Shown here: piece by piece, positions 15,280 to 28,418 of the stretch
How positions within the stretch are numbered: position 1 is the first letter of the stretch
Layout of the letters: the number at the start of each line of letters is the position of its first letter
Assembly (NCBI GenBank): GCA_000004695.1
Contig: CM000151.3
Location: 2,432,001 to 2,496,000, forward strand
Direction of reading: 5' to 3'
Length of the DNA: 64,000 nt
From: Dictyostelium discoideum
Taxonomy: Eukaryota
Position numbers and translations under genes: made by a program
The notes under the pieces: generated by a model
Database searches by the model: none
What the model was told of the DNA's origin: nothing
Seen by the model: only the letters and a program-made list of their open reading frames with translations

Positions 15280-16933
15280 ATGGCAATTAATTATGAAATA
15301 AATGGTAATGAAATTAAAAATTTACAAACTATCACTTACAATTATAAAGAACCAATTGAAATTGATAAAGAGTTAGAATGTATGATTTGCTTATTACCAC
15401 TTTTGGAACCAGTAGTCGAACCAAATTGCAGACAAATGGTAAACTATTATAATTTTAAAAAAAAATAATGTAATGAATGTAATTTTAATAATTTTTTTTT
15501 TTTTTTTTAAAAATGTTTTTTAGTTTTGTAAAGATTGTTTAACAAATTGGTCTATTGAAAAAGGTCAAAAAGGATGTCCATATTGCCAACAATCATTTAA
15601 TATAAAATCAGTTAGTTTACCACCAAAATTTGTAACAAATACATTAGATAGTTTATTAGTTTATTGCAATACAGATGGTTGTGAATTCAATAGTAATAGT
15701 GATAGAAATCAATTAATTCGTCGTTGTGAATATAGAAATCATTTTGAAAGAATTTGTAAAGTAATATGTATTGATTGTAATCAACAATTTACAAGAGAAC
15801 AATTAAAATTACACTCAAATGAATGTACTTCAAAATCAGTTAAATGTAATGCAAGTTCATTAATGTGTTCATGGGTTGGTCCAATTAAAGAATTGCAATC
15901 ACATGAATCAAATTGTCATTACATTGCATTATCGCCAATACTCAATAAATTATATGATAAAATCCAACAATTAGATATCAGTAATCAAAAAACCACCTCA
16001 TTTTTATTAGAAAAAATAAATTATTTAGAATCAATAATTTCATCATCATCAGCATTATCAACACCAAATTTGAGTTCTCCAATTTATTATCAACCAATTC
16101 CAACTGCTCCATTACCAGACTCAACAACAATGTATGATAATAGAAATACAACCACCACAACAACCACAACAACAACAATTTCATTGGATAAAATTACACC
16201 GGTTGAAATTAAAAAAGTAGCATCAATTGAAATTTTTAAAAATAATAGTAATAAATATGTAATTGGTAAAGTTGAATCAGGTGTTAAGAGTGTATCGATT
16301 GATGGAGATTATGCAGATACATGGCCAATTGTTAAAGGTAATTTACCAAATTCAGTTGACACATTAATATTATTAGATGGATTTAAAGAATTGGTATACT
16401 CTGTTCCAAAATCAATTAAAGTACTACACATTGGTGATATTAAAAAATCACATGCATTCTATATTCAATGCAGTTCAGTTAATGAAATTCATTTTCATGA
16501 TAATTGTAAAATTAAATTCACAAAGAATGTTATACCAGATTCAGCTAAAACAGTTCACTTTTATAGAATTAATGAACCATTAACAACTGAATCAATTGGT
16601 AAGAATGTAAAATGTCTTCATATACATGATGGATTTTCAAAATCATTAGGATATGGTGTTTTACCATCATCAATTCAAGAATTACATTTATATGATATTA
16701 AAAGACAAGCATTGTCAATACCAAGCTCAATTAAAATATTATACCTTCATAATCAATTCAATAATGAATCAATTGAATTACCTGATCAACTTGAAACTCT
16801 TTATCTTGATAACATTATCCACCCAATTAAAAATTTCCCATCATCTTTAAAAACAATTCATTTAATTAATTATAAATTTGAAGATAAAGTACCATTTCCA
16901 CCAAAAGTTAAAATTATTATGGGGACAAAATAA
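15280..16933 (+). CDS. RING finger + TRAF-type zinc finger + FNIP-repeat protein; 2 exons 15280-15438, 15524-16933; 523 aa
   Basis: Exon 1 MAINYEING…LECMICLLPLLEPVVEPNCRQM ends at donor GTAAAC (15439); acceptor T8AG at 15523. Exon 2 begins FCKDCLTNWSIEKGQKGCPYCQQ (completing a C3HC4 RING), followed by Cys/His TRAF-type fingers (CEFNSNSDRNQLIRRCEYRNHFERICKVICIDCNQQF…HSNECTSKSVKCN). The C-terminal half is FNIP repeats (LPNSVDTLILLDGFKELVYSVPKSIKVLHIG…), a repeat type characteristic of Dictyostelium. Confidence 0.75.
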
Positions 16934-17036
16934 TAAATTTTAAAATAATAATAATAAAACAATAAATAAAAAATATGTTTTGTACTTTTAAATTAATAAA
17001 TATATTTTTATTTATTTATTTATTTATTTATTTTTT

Positions 17037-18835
17037 TTATTTTCTTTTTTCAAGAATTACTTTGAATGGGTTTGGTTTTAATGTTAAACCATAAGTTTGA
17101 GTTTCATCAACTGGTTTACCATCAATTGATTTAAATTTGAAATTTAATATCATATTTGATAATGCAATATAAATTTCATCTTGGGCAAAATTACTTCCAC
17201 TAAATTATTAAAAATAAAAAATTAATATCTGAAAATATATACATGATAATACTCAAATCAATTAAGTAATTGAGTGAGAATATAATTTAGATACATTACA
17301 CGCAATTTCTTGGACCAATACTAAATGGCATGAAAGCTGGATTTGAATCAGAATTTAAAAATCTAGTTGGATCAAATTGATTTGGATTTTCAAAATATTC
17401 TTCATTTCTAGATAATGCATGATAATTAATTAAAATTTGAGCATTCTTTGGAATAAATTGACCATTATTTAAAATGATATCAGAGGTAGTTGATCTTGGT
17501 AAACCAAATGGTGATATTGGTTTATATCTTAATGTTTCTTTAAATAATGATACAACAAATGGTGTTGATTGTCTATCTGATAACAAAACTTTATTTCTCT
17601 GAGTTAAACCACCACCACCACCGCCACCATTTGATGATAATGCTGATTTAATTTCATTATAAGCTTTCTCTTGATATTCTGGATAATTAATTAACATCAT
17701 TACAATTAATTCTAAAGAAGTTGCAGAAGTATCAACACCAGCTAAAAAGAAATCACTAACTGTTGCAGAGATTGATAAAATTTGATCATCAGTTTCTGTA
17801 CCATATTCTTTAATCAATAGATCCATTAAGTCTCTTTGAACATCTGGTTTGTAAGTTTCTAAATGTTTATAAATTTTCATTTTACCAAAATTAATAACTT
17901 GATAATAATGACTTGTAAACCATTCTAAATATAAGAAATACAATGGTCTTGTTATCTCTAAAACATCAAATAAACTACCAGTACCGAAATCTTTGAATAC
18001 CTTTTGCATTGGTTTCATTAATTGTGCTAATTGACCATTATGCACATCTTCATCTTTGGAAATATCTTCATTGAAAATATATTTAAACATTGCTGACATT
18101 GTAAATTTGGTTAAATAATAACGTGGATCAAATGTTTCACCACTGGATTCAATGGTTCTCATCGATTCAATTAATACATCAACTTGATCATCCAATAATT
18201 GATAAATATGTTTTAAATTGGTCTTTCTCATTGCCTTACCAACAATCTCTTTATTATTTTTCCAATTATCACCCATTGATGCTACTGTACCATGATAAAA
18301 TGTTCCATGTTTTACTGACTATTTATTTTATTTTATTTATTTAATTAATTAATCTTATTTATTATTATTAAAAAAAAAAGAAATAAAAACTATTATAAAA
18401 AAAAAAAAAATTTTACATACTGGTATTTTTGGTCTGTCAATGAAATTGTCAAACTTGTCAACAAATAGCTCTCTTGCAATTATTGGATCACAAACAATAA
18501 CTGTATATAAGTCTGCTAAATAAATTCTAAAGATTTTACCATATTTTTCACTCATCTTTGTTAAATCAAAATGAGGTAAATTGGTTAACTGATAAATGTT
18601 GCCCAATATAGGAATTGGAAAAGGACCTGGTAATTGATTTTCATTTAATCTTTTATATTTTGAATACTTTTATTTTTATTTTTTTTTTTTTATTTTTTTT
18701 TTTTTTTTTTTTTGGTAGACTAACATGTTTTTTAAATTTTTTAGAAAATAAAAAAAAGAAAAAATAATAAAAAAATACTTACAGCATTATGTAAAATATA
18801 AATTAAAAATAGATACACAATGATGCCAAATATCA
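17037..18835 (-). CDS. Cytochrome P450 (copy 1 of 3 tandem paralogues); 4 exons approx. 18835-18787, 18665-18423, ~18310-17300, 17209-17037
   Basis: N-terminal membrane anchor [18 protein letters not shown]; proline-rich hinge [23 protein letters not shown]; ETLRYKP (ExxR); heme loop [11 protein letters not shown] split by a phase-2 intron (TGC GT|gtaatg … tttag|T) so that CVG|[21 protein letters not shown]… is restored. Stop after …VILEKRK at 17039-17037. Confidence 0.8.
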
Positions 18836-19185
18836 TTTTTTTAAAAATTGATTTTATGAAATTAAAAAAAAAAAAAAAAAAAAAAATTTAATTATAAAAT
18901 CAAAAAAAAAAACCATAAAATATGCCAAAAAAAAATAAAAAAATAAAATTAAAAAAAATAAAAATTAATTATAGTAATTTATAAATATCTTCAAAAGTAA
19001 AGATTCTTTTCAAATTGAAAAAAAAAAAAAAAACCAACCCTCTTTTTTAAAAAAAAATAAAAAAAAATCTTTATTAAATTTGAAAGTAAAAAATGAAATT
19101 CTTGAATAATAAAGTTAAATATCAAACCAATAAAAATAAGGTTATCGCGTTAACTAGTATTTTTATTAATTTTATATTTTTAATT

Positions 19186-19218
<33 letters not shown>

Positions 19219-19320
19219 TTTAATTATTTAAAAAATATATTAAAAAATTTGTTATTTCTTTTTTGAGTCACAATGAATCCTTTTTTTTGTTTTTGAAGTT
19301 AAATAGTTTTTTTTTAAATT

Positions 19321-19366
<46 letters not shown>

Positions 19367-19401
19367 TATTATTATTATAATTATTTAAATAAATATAAAA
19401 A

Positions 19402-20046
19402 TTAGATAATTCTTTTTTCAAGAGTTACATTGAATCTATTTTTAGTTTTTAGTGTGAGGCCATATTCCTCAGTTTCATCAATCTTTTTACCGTCAATTGA
19501 TTTTAATTTAAAATTTAAAAGAATATTTGAAATACAAATGTATAGCTCATCTTGAGCAAAACTTTGACCCCTATAAAAAAATAATTTAATTGATTAATTA
19601 ATTGTTTATTTTTTAATTTTTTTTAAAAATTAATTATACATACACACAACTTCTAATACCAATACTAAATGGTAAAAATGCAACATTTGATTCAACTTTT
19701 AAAAATCTTGATGGATCAAATTGTTCTGGATTTTCATAATATTCTTCATTCATTCCAAGTGCTTGATAATTAATTAAAATTTGTGCATTCTTTGGAATGA
19801 AATGACCACCAATCATACAATCCTTTGATGAAGATCTTGGTAAACCAAATGGTGACATTGGTTTATATCTTAATGTTTCTTTTATTACAGCAACTAAATA
19901 AGGTGTTGATTGTCTATCTGATAAATTAACTTTACTTCTACCATTTACAACTGTCTTTATTTCATCAAATGCTTTTTCTTGAATTTCTGGATAATTTGTT
20001 AACATCAATACCATTGATTCTAAAGCAGTTGAACTTGTATCAACAC

Positions 20047-20082
<36 letters not shown>

Positions 20083-21413
20083 AGAATATTATTTTTTTAA
20101 ATAATAATAATAATAAATACTTATAAATACAAACCTGCTAAGAAAAAATCATTAATTGTTGCCAAAATTGATAAAATTTTATCATCATTATCAGTACCAT
20201 ATTCTTTAATTAAAATATCAAGTAAATCTCTTTCAACATCTGGATCAAAGGTTTTTAAATGTTCATTATATTTCTCTCTATGATATTTCATAATATCTTT
20301 AAAACTTTGATCAAACATTTCTAAATATAAAAGATAAAGTGGTTGAGTAATATTTATGACATCAAATAAACTACCTCTACCAGCATTTTGAAAAACCTCA
20401 GACATTGGACCCATCAATTTTTGTGTATCACCTTTATTAATATCTTCATCCTCTGGAATATCATGATTGAAAAGAAATTTAAACATTGCTGACATTGTAA
20501 ATTTTGTAATATAATAACGAGTATCAAATGTTTTACCACTGGTTTCAATTGATTTCATTGATCTTATTAATACATCAACTTGTTTATCTAATAATTCATA
20601 AATATGTTTTAAATTTGTTTTTCTCATTGCTTTACCAACAATTTCTCTATTGTTTTTCCAATGTTCACCATAACTTGTAACTGTACCATGATAAAATGTT
20701 CCATGTTCAACTGACTATTTAAATTTTTAATTTTTTAAATAAAATAATTAATAATTAATAATTAATAAATAAATAATTAATAATTAATAATTAATTTTTT
20801 TTTTTTTTTTAAATTATTAATTATTTTAATTAATTATTATTATTAATTATTTATAAATTTTTTATTTTTTAAATAAAATAATTAATAATTAATAATTAAT
20901 AAATAAATAATTAATAATTAAAAAAAAAATAAATTAACACACAATTTATTAATTATTTAATTTTGATACATACTGGTTTTTTAACTCTATCGGTGAAAAT
21001 ATCAGAATTATCAACATACATTTCTCTAATTAATAATGGATCAGATACAACAACAGTGTACATGTCTGCCATATAAACCCTTAAAATATGGCCATACTTT
21101 TTAGTCATCTTTGTTAATACTCTATGAGGTAATTCTCCAAATTGATGGAGATTTCCTAAAATTGGAATTGGGGTTGGACCACATAACTCATTAACATGAA
21201 TTTTTTTATATTTTGAAATCTGATTAATTAAAATAATTATTTTAAAAATAAAAAATTAAAAAATTAAAAAATGATTATTTTTAAAAATAATAATAATAAT
21301 AATTTAGATTAATTATATTTATTTTTATTTTTTTTAATATAAAATAATAGGACTTACAGCATTATGTATAATATAAACAACAAATAATGAAATAATAATT
21401 TCAAATAAAGCCA
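19402..21413 (-). CDS. Cytochrome P450 (tandem copy 2); ~5 exons; start [19 protein letters not shown] at 21413
   Basis: Same architecture as copy 1: ORFs 20121-20627 ([23 protein letters not shown]…) and 19634-20014 (…[17 protein letters not shown]…[10 protein letters not shown]), and last exon …[54 protein letters not shown] with stop at 19404-19402. The intron after C-V is at the homologous position. Confidence 0.75.
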
Positions 21414-22155
21414 TATTTTTTAAATTACCACTTGTGTGCAAGTAATTTTTTTTTTTGTTTTTTTGTTTTTTTTTTTTTTTTCTTTTCAACAATTATATTT
21501 TTATTTTTTATATTTTTATTTATATTTTTAATTTTTGGTTTAAATATTTTTTTGTTTTTGTTTTTGTTTTTTTTTTTTTTTTTTTTTTTGTTCAACAACA
21601 GTTTAAAAAAAAAAAAAAAAAATAAAAAAAAAAAAATTAAAAAAAAAAAATTATTTTAATAATGTTTGAATTAAAACTGACAACATAGATGATTAACATA
21701 GTAAATCTATGAATCATAAAAATAAATTATTGTTTTCTCAACTGAGTAAGATGTCTCCTCACAATCTAATGTACAAAAAAAAAAAATAAAAAAAAATAAA
21801 AAAAATAAAAAAAATAAAAAAAAAATAAAAAATAAAAAAATAATACTAACACCATTATTAAAAAAAAAAAATTAAAAAAAAATTTTAAGATCCCCACACA
21901 TTTTCTATTCAATATGCACAAAAAATACACACACTTTTTTTCTTTTCTTTTTTTTTCTTTTTTTTTTTTTTTTTTTTTTTCATTGTTATTCTCAATTTTT
22001 GAGATTTTATAAAAAATAAAAAATAAAAAAAAAAATAAAAAAAATAATGAAAATAATAATAAAAATAATAAAAAATTATAATTTTTTTTGTATTGGGTTA
22101 AATTTGGACACAATAATATTCAATAAAATTTAATCCAATATTTACACGCTCACAG

Positions 22156-22208
<53 letters not shown>

Positions 22209-22252
22209 TTATTTATTATAATTAATTATTTTTTATTAAATTTTACAATGAA

Positions 22253-23566
22253 TTAAATTCTTTTTTTAATGGATACATTAAATTTATTCTTGCATCTTAA
22301 TGTAACTCCATACAATTCAGTTTCATCAATTTGTTTCCCATCAATTGAACTAAATTTAAAATTTAAAATTATATTTGAAAATGCAAGAAACATTTCATCT
22401 AATGCAAAATTTTGACCACTTAAAAAAAAAAAAAAAATTAATTTAACAATTTTTAAATAAATAATTAAAAAAAATAATAAAATAAATAATTTTTTTTTAC
22501 TTACACACAATTTCTTGTACCAATACTAAATGGTAAAAATGCAATATTTGTATCTGGATTCATAAATCTTGATGGTTCAAATTGTTCAGGATTTTCAAAA
22601 TAATCTTGATTTCTTGAAAGTCCATAATAATTTATAAAAATTTGAGCATCTTTTGGAATGAATTTATCACCAATTATAATATCTTGAGAAGTAGTTCTTG
22701 GTACACCAACAGAAGATGGTGGTTTATATCTTAATGTTTCTTTAATAAATGAAACTGTATATGGTGTAAATTGTCTATCAGATAATAAAACTTTATTTCT
22801 ACCGTTAACAGTTAATTTAATTTCATCATATACTTTCTCTTGAATTTCTGGATAATTAACTAACATCATAACCATATATTCTAATGAAGCACTACTTGTA
22901 TCAGTACCTATTTTAAATAAATTTATTAATAATTGAAATTTTTTAATAAAAAATAATAAAACTAATTTAATACAAACCAGCTAAAAATAAATCATTTATA
23001 GTTGCAATAATTGTTAAAATATCATCATCACTTCCACTATAATATTCTTTAATTAATAAATCTAATAAATCTCTTTGAATTTCTGGATTATAAGTTTTTA
23101 AATGTTGATGATATTTTTTTTTTAAAAAATTTAAAATTTTTGGATAATTTTTATCAGTATGTTCAATCCATTGATAATATAATGGTCTTGATATTAATAA
23201 AACATCAAATAAACTACCACTTCCTAAATCTTTGAAAACTTGTTCAATTGGCCCAATTAATTCAGATATTTCATTATTAAAATTTATTTCTTCATTGAAA
23301 ATGAATTTATACATTGCTGCCATTGTATATTTTTTAAAATAAATACGTGGTTCAAATACTTGTCCATCACTTTCAATTTTATTCATTGATTCAATTAAAT
23401 TATCAACTTGTTGATCTAATGAATCATAAATTAATTTTAAATTGGTTTTTCTCATTGCTTTATTAATTATATCTCTAATTTTTAACCAATATTCACCAGA
23501 AGATGCTTTTTTTTTTAAAAAAAAAAAAAAAAAAAAATTAATAATTAATTTTTTTTTTAGTTTTTT

Positions 23567-23603
<37 letters not shown>

Positions 23604-23917
23604 CTAACTTGCAATACCATGATAATGAGTTGCATGTCTTATTGAAGGTATTTTTGGTCTGTCTAGGAAATAATCACCATTGTTAACAAACATTTCTCTA
23701 ATCAAAATTGGATCAGATAATACAACAGTGTATAAATCAGCAAACCAAAATCTATAAATTCCACCATATTTTTCAGATATTTTAGTTAAATCTCTGTGTG
23801 GTAAACCACTTGTAAGTTGATATAAATTTCCTAAAATTGGAATTGGAATTGGTCCTTTTAATTCATTTTTATTTATTTTTTTAAATTTAATATACTGATA
23901 AAAATTGATTTAATTTC

Positions 23918-23961
<44 letters not shown>

Positions 23962-24121
23962 TATTTAAATTTTACCATATCTGTGTTTAGAAAAAAGTAT
24001 AATTATTATTATTATCCTTTTTTTTTTTTTTTTTTTATTAAAATTAAAGAAAAAATACAAACAGTATTATGGATTATATAAAAAATTATTAGAAACAATA
24101 TTAATTTTAAAAACTCCATTA
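22253..24121 (-). CDS. Cytochrome P450 (tandem copy 3); ~5 exons; start [19 protein letters not shown] at ~24121
   Basis: ORFs 22967-23635 (…[25 protein letters not shown]…) and 22501-22875 (…[18 protein letters not shown]…[10 protein letters not shown]); last exon via TGT GT|gtaagt … ttaag|T gives [57 protein letters not shown]. Intron positions match copies 1 and 2. Confidence 0.75.
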
Positions 24122-24292
24122 TGTTTTACTTGTAGTTTTATTGCAATAAATTTTTTTTTTTTTTTTTTTTAAAATTATATAATAGATAAAAAATAAAAAA
24201 TAAAAAAAAAAAAATTAAAAAAATTAAAAATAAAAAAATTAATTTATTTTCAAAAAAAAATCTTGGGGTCAATCCTAAAAAATTAAATGCCA

Positions 24293-24354
<62 letters not shown>

Positions 24355-24668
24355 CAATTTTATTTAATTAATCTGTGGTACGAATTAAAATCTTTATCTA
24401 TTAAAAAAACCAATTAATAATAAAAAATTAATTATATAATTAAAATACACATAAACAAATTGTTTTTTTGTATTAAATTCTTTTTTACTTCTTTAACATG
24501 TTTTTTATAAAAATAAAATATTTTTTTTTTATCATTTTTTTTTTTTTTTTTTTAATTAAAATTCTATACCACCCAATAAAAAAATCTTAATATATAATTA
24601 ACAAATGAAAACCCAATAAATATCCCTTGACAATTGTCAAATATTAATCAAAAAAAAAAAAAAAAAAA

Positions 24669-24719
<51 letters not shown>

Positions 24720-24930
24720 TAATTATAATATAAATAAAATAATAATAATAATTAATTTTTATATAAAAAAAGAGGGGAAATGGGACAGAGGAGAAAAATA
24801 AAAAAAAAAAAATTTTTAAAATTACAAAAAAAATAAAAAAAAAATCTTGTGTTAAATTTATAATCTTTTATTATTAACTTTATTTTATTTTTTTTTTTTT
24901 TTTTAATATTAAAAAGACCAGTAATTTTAA

Positions 24931-25617
24931 TTATTTAATTGGGTCAACATCAAAAGAGCAAACTAAAAAAGTATCAAACTCTATGATTGTTGAAAGACCG
25001 TTATAATGAATATCGTTAATACCATAACGATAAATACCATGAGGAGAATTTGAAATGTTAATTCTAGTTTTCTTATAGTCAAACCATTGTTTTTGCTCCT
25101 TGTACATGTATTGATATGCTTTGGTATAAATTGCCAATAAATCCAAAGAGGAAATTGGAATGTTTGGATCAGGTTTTGTGACTTTAATAACGGATTTCTT
25201 TAATTGATATTTACCAAAAACACAATAGACATGATCCACATATCTACCAACACCATACAGGTTTTTATCCTTGTCAACGATTAATTTGTCATTAATAAAT
25301 GACTCTGTTTTTTCATTTTTTAAATTACCATTTGATTCTGATAATAGCTTATTGAATTGAATTAATTCATTCTTATTCTTTATTGGTAATGAATTACTAT
25401 CGATTGATACAATACCTTGATTTTTAATCTTCTTTTTCTTTTCATTTAATTGATTATTTAATTTATTTTGAAAATTATCAATATCATTAACATTAGATGC
25501 TGGTGATGCACAAACTGGTAATATCTCTTTATCAATTTTTTGAATTTTTGATTTTGAAATTATTTTTCTTTCATCTTCTGATGCATTATCCATATAAATT
25601 TTATTAATTTCAAACAT
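24931..25617 (-). CDS. Hypothetical protein (228 aa), paralogue A of an unknown family
   Basis: Single ORF. C-terminal half (VDHVYCVFGKYQLKKSVIKVTKPDPNIPISSLDLLAIYTKAYQYMYKEQKQ…HGIYRYGINDIHYNGLSTIIEFDTFLVCSFDVDP) is clearly homologous to the 26351-26935 ORF. Confidence 0.6.
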   Translation of the reverse strand: MFEINKIYMDNASEDERKIISKSKIQKIDKEILPVCASPASNVNDIDNFQNKLNNQLNEKKKKIKNQGIVSIDSNSLPIKNKNELIQFNKLLSESNGNLKNEKTESFINDKLIVDKDKNLYGVGRYVDHVYCVFGKYQLKKSVIKVTKPDPNIPISSLDLLAIYTKAYQYMYKEQKQWFDYKKTRINISNSPHGIYRYGINDIHYNGLSTIIEFDTFLVCSFDVDPIK

Positions 25618-26002
25618 TTTATTTATTATTTGGTTATTTTTTATTATGAAACAATATTTTTTTTTTTTTTTTTTTTTGTTTTTTGTTTTTCAATTTATTT
25701 AAATTAAAATGAAAATGAAAATGAAAATTTCAATTTTAAAATCCTTATTTATAGTTTAATTTTAATATGAGGTTTTATTTTTAAAAAAAAAAAATAAAAA
25801 AAAAAAAAAAAATAAAAAAAAAAAAAAAAATAAAATAAAATAAAATAAAACAAAGTTTATTTTAAAGGTTATATATCATGTTCTATGGATCTTTTTTTAT
25901 GAAAAAAATTTCTAAAATAATACAAATATATATTTTTAGTAATCTTCCATTTTTGTTAAAATAAAAAAAAAATAATAAAAAAAAAAAAAAAAAAAATTTA
26001 AA

Positions 26003-26058
<56 letters not shown>

Positions 26059-26313
26059 CAATTCAAGAGGCAATATGAAAAAGAGCCAGGATCTTGGTGC
26101 TTAAAATGGAAATTATAAAAAATTTAATTAAAAAGATTAAAAGAAAATATAAATAAAAAAAAAAAAAAAAATCAAAATTTCTAAAAAAAAAAAACAAAAA
26201 AATTACAAAAATAGATTAAAAGAAAATTAAATAAAAAATAAAAAAAATAAAAAAATCTAAATTTTTCTATTTTTGTAATATTTTTTTTTTTTTTTAGATA
26301 TTTTATTTATTAT

Positions 26314-26350
<37 letters not shown>

Positions 26351-26356
<6 letters not shown>

Positions 26357-26935
26357 ATCTACTCTAAATTCACAAAAAATGAAATCTTTATAGATTAAAA
26401 CATCTGAAAAACCATTGTAAACTAAATCTGAAAGATCGTGACCCCAAATTCCATATCTGCCATGAGAAACACCTCTATTAAGCATACCTTGAATGTGACC
26501 AGGATTACCTACTTCTTTTTCCTCTTCTTCATAGATGAATTGAAAAGCTTTTGAATAAATTGCTAATAATTCAACATTGGTCAAGGGTTGTAATGAATTT
26601 GCATCTGGTCTTGTTACTTTAATAGTTACAGGATTTGCAGTATAGGCATCAATGAAACAATATACATGTTTAGTATTATCACCACCTTCAATTAATACAG
26701 TCTCTTTAAATAAATCATCGTCAGTTTGATTTGGTTGATTAAATGATTCTAATCCCCATGATTTTTTAGATAATGCATCTTCTTTTAAATAATTTTTATA
26801 ATTTTCTAATGTTGTAATTTGTTTATTTGGTGCACCAATATCTTTTAAAATATTTTCTAATTTTTTAATTGGTTTTAATCCTTCTATTTCTTTTAATTCT
26901 TCTGAATTTGCATCGCGAAATAAATAATTTTCCAT
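26351..26935 (-). CDS. Hypothetical protein (194 aa), paralogue B of the same unknown family
   Basis: …KHVYCFIDAYTANPVTIKVTRPDANSLQPLTNVELLAIYSKAFQFIYEEEEK…HGRYGIWGHDLSDLVYNGFSDVLIYKDFIFCEFRVDS. Shares the V-Y-C…IKVT+PD…LLAIY(T/S)KA(Y/F)Q(Y/F)…HG.YG…YNG(L/F)S…C.F.VD motifs with paralogue A. Confidence 0.6.
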
Positions 26936-27038
26936 TTTATTTTATTTTTTTTTTTTTAACTTGCTCAACGATGAAGTTTGTGATGAATAATTATAAAAAA
27001 AATAAAAAAAAAAAAAAATAAAAAGTAGTGTGTTAAAG

Positions 27039-27070
<32 letters not shown>

Positions 27071-27563
27071 ATTTTTATTTCAAAAGAGTCTCGTTATATT
27101 TACTATTAATTATTAAATTCTTGGTAAAATCGATTTGTTTATGATAATAATAAAAAACTGATATTTTTTTTTTTTTGGGATTTTTTTTTTTTTTTGGGAA
27201 TTTTTTTTTTTTTTTTTTTAACTTTTTTATCAAAAAGAAATTTTATAATATTAAAAAAAAAAAAAAAAATAATAATATATTACAAAAAATTATTTATATT
27301 TAAGTATTATTATTTGTTTTTAAAACTAAATAAAAAAAAAAAAAAAAAATACCGTTTTGCACTCGAAAAAAATTTGTGTCAATTGTAATCCCTAAAAAAA
27401 GAGTATTATAAAAAGGTGTGTATTTTTTTAAAAAAAAATGTGTTGCTTTGCATCTTTTAAAATATCCAAAAAAAATTTTAAAAATGATTTGAATTTTATT
27501 AAAAAAAAAAAAAAAATATCTAGTAATAATTGGTTTGTGTAAGTGTAAATCCTTTTTTTTTTA

Positions 27564-28204
27564 TTAATTTATTATACAATTATTTTTTTCGGGGGATTGT
27601 GTTTTTTTTAGAGAAGTTTCTTCAATTCTATTTATACAAAGCTTTACTAAAGAGATAAAAGCCTCTTCAATGTTAATTGATTGTTTTGCACTTATTTCTT
27701 TGAATGGAATATCTAAAGAATCGGCAAATTCTTGAGCTAAAAAAGGGTCAACCACTTTTTGTGAGACTAAATCATTTTTATTTCCAATTATAATTTTAAT
27801 GACATTTTCATTTGCATATCTTCGGATATCTTCTATCCATGAGGGAACATTTTCAAATGATCTTTGATCTGTAACATCATAAACTATAATAACTCCATGA
27901 CAACCTCTATAATGTGAATTATGAACTCTAAATCGCTTTTCTCCAGCTGTATCCCAAATTTGAAGTTTTATTGGTTTACCTTCAATATAAACTGTCTTTA
28001 TTTTAAACTCAATACCAATTGTTATATGTGTTTCAGTAAATGTATCATCTGTAATTCTAAATAAAATGCTTGTTTTACCTTTTTTTTAATAATTAATAAT
28101 TAATTTATTTATTTAATTATTAATTATTATTATTTATTATTTATTGCAGTTAATATTTACCAACTCCACTATCACCTGCAAGTACAAATTTGAATAAGTG
28201 TCTA

Positions 28205-28247
<43 letters not shown>

Positions 28248-28326
28248 TTAATATTTTTTCAACAAAAAAAAAAAAGAAAAAAATAAAAAATAGATTCTTA
28301 CTCATATTCTTTACTCATTTTAATTG
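27564..28326 (-). CDS. Rab-family small GTPase with non-canonical switch II (WDTAGEKRF) and C-terminal CIIN; 3 exons approx. 28326-28310, ~28222-28176, ~28078-27564
   Basis: Reverse-complement reading gives MSKEYE|HLFKFVLAGDSGVG|KTSILFRITDDTFTETHITIGIEFKIKTVYIEGKPIKLQIWDTAGEKRFRVHNSHYRGCHGVIIVYDVTDQRSFENVPSWIEDIRRYANENVIKIIIGNKNDL…EISAKQSINIEEAF…SPEKNNCIIN*. G1 (GDSGVGKT), G4 (GNKND) and G5 (ISAK) present. The Rab signature WDTAGQERF is altered: Q to E, E to K. Confidence 0.7.
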
Positions 28327-28372
28327 TATTTTATAAAAATTATATTACATTTTTTTTTTCTTGAACCAAAAA

Positions 28373-28418
<46 letters not shown>

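Noticed and set aside
21432-22113. ORFs 21432-21659 (+) and 21766-22113 (-) between P450 copies 2 and 3
   Set aside because: Poly-F/poly-K translations of T- and A-homopolymer spacer DNA.
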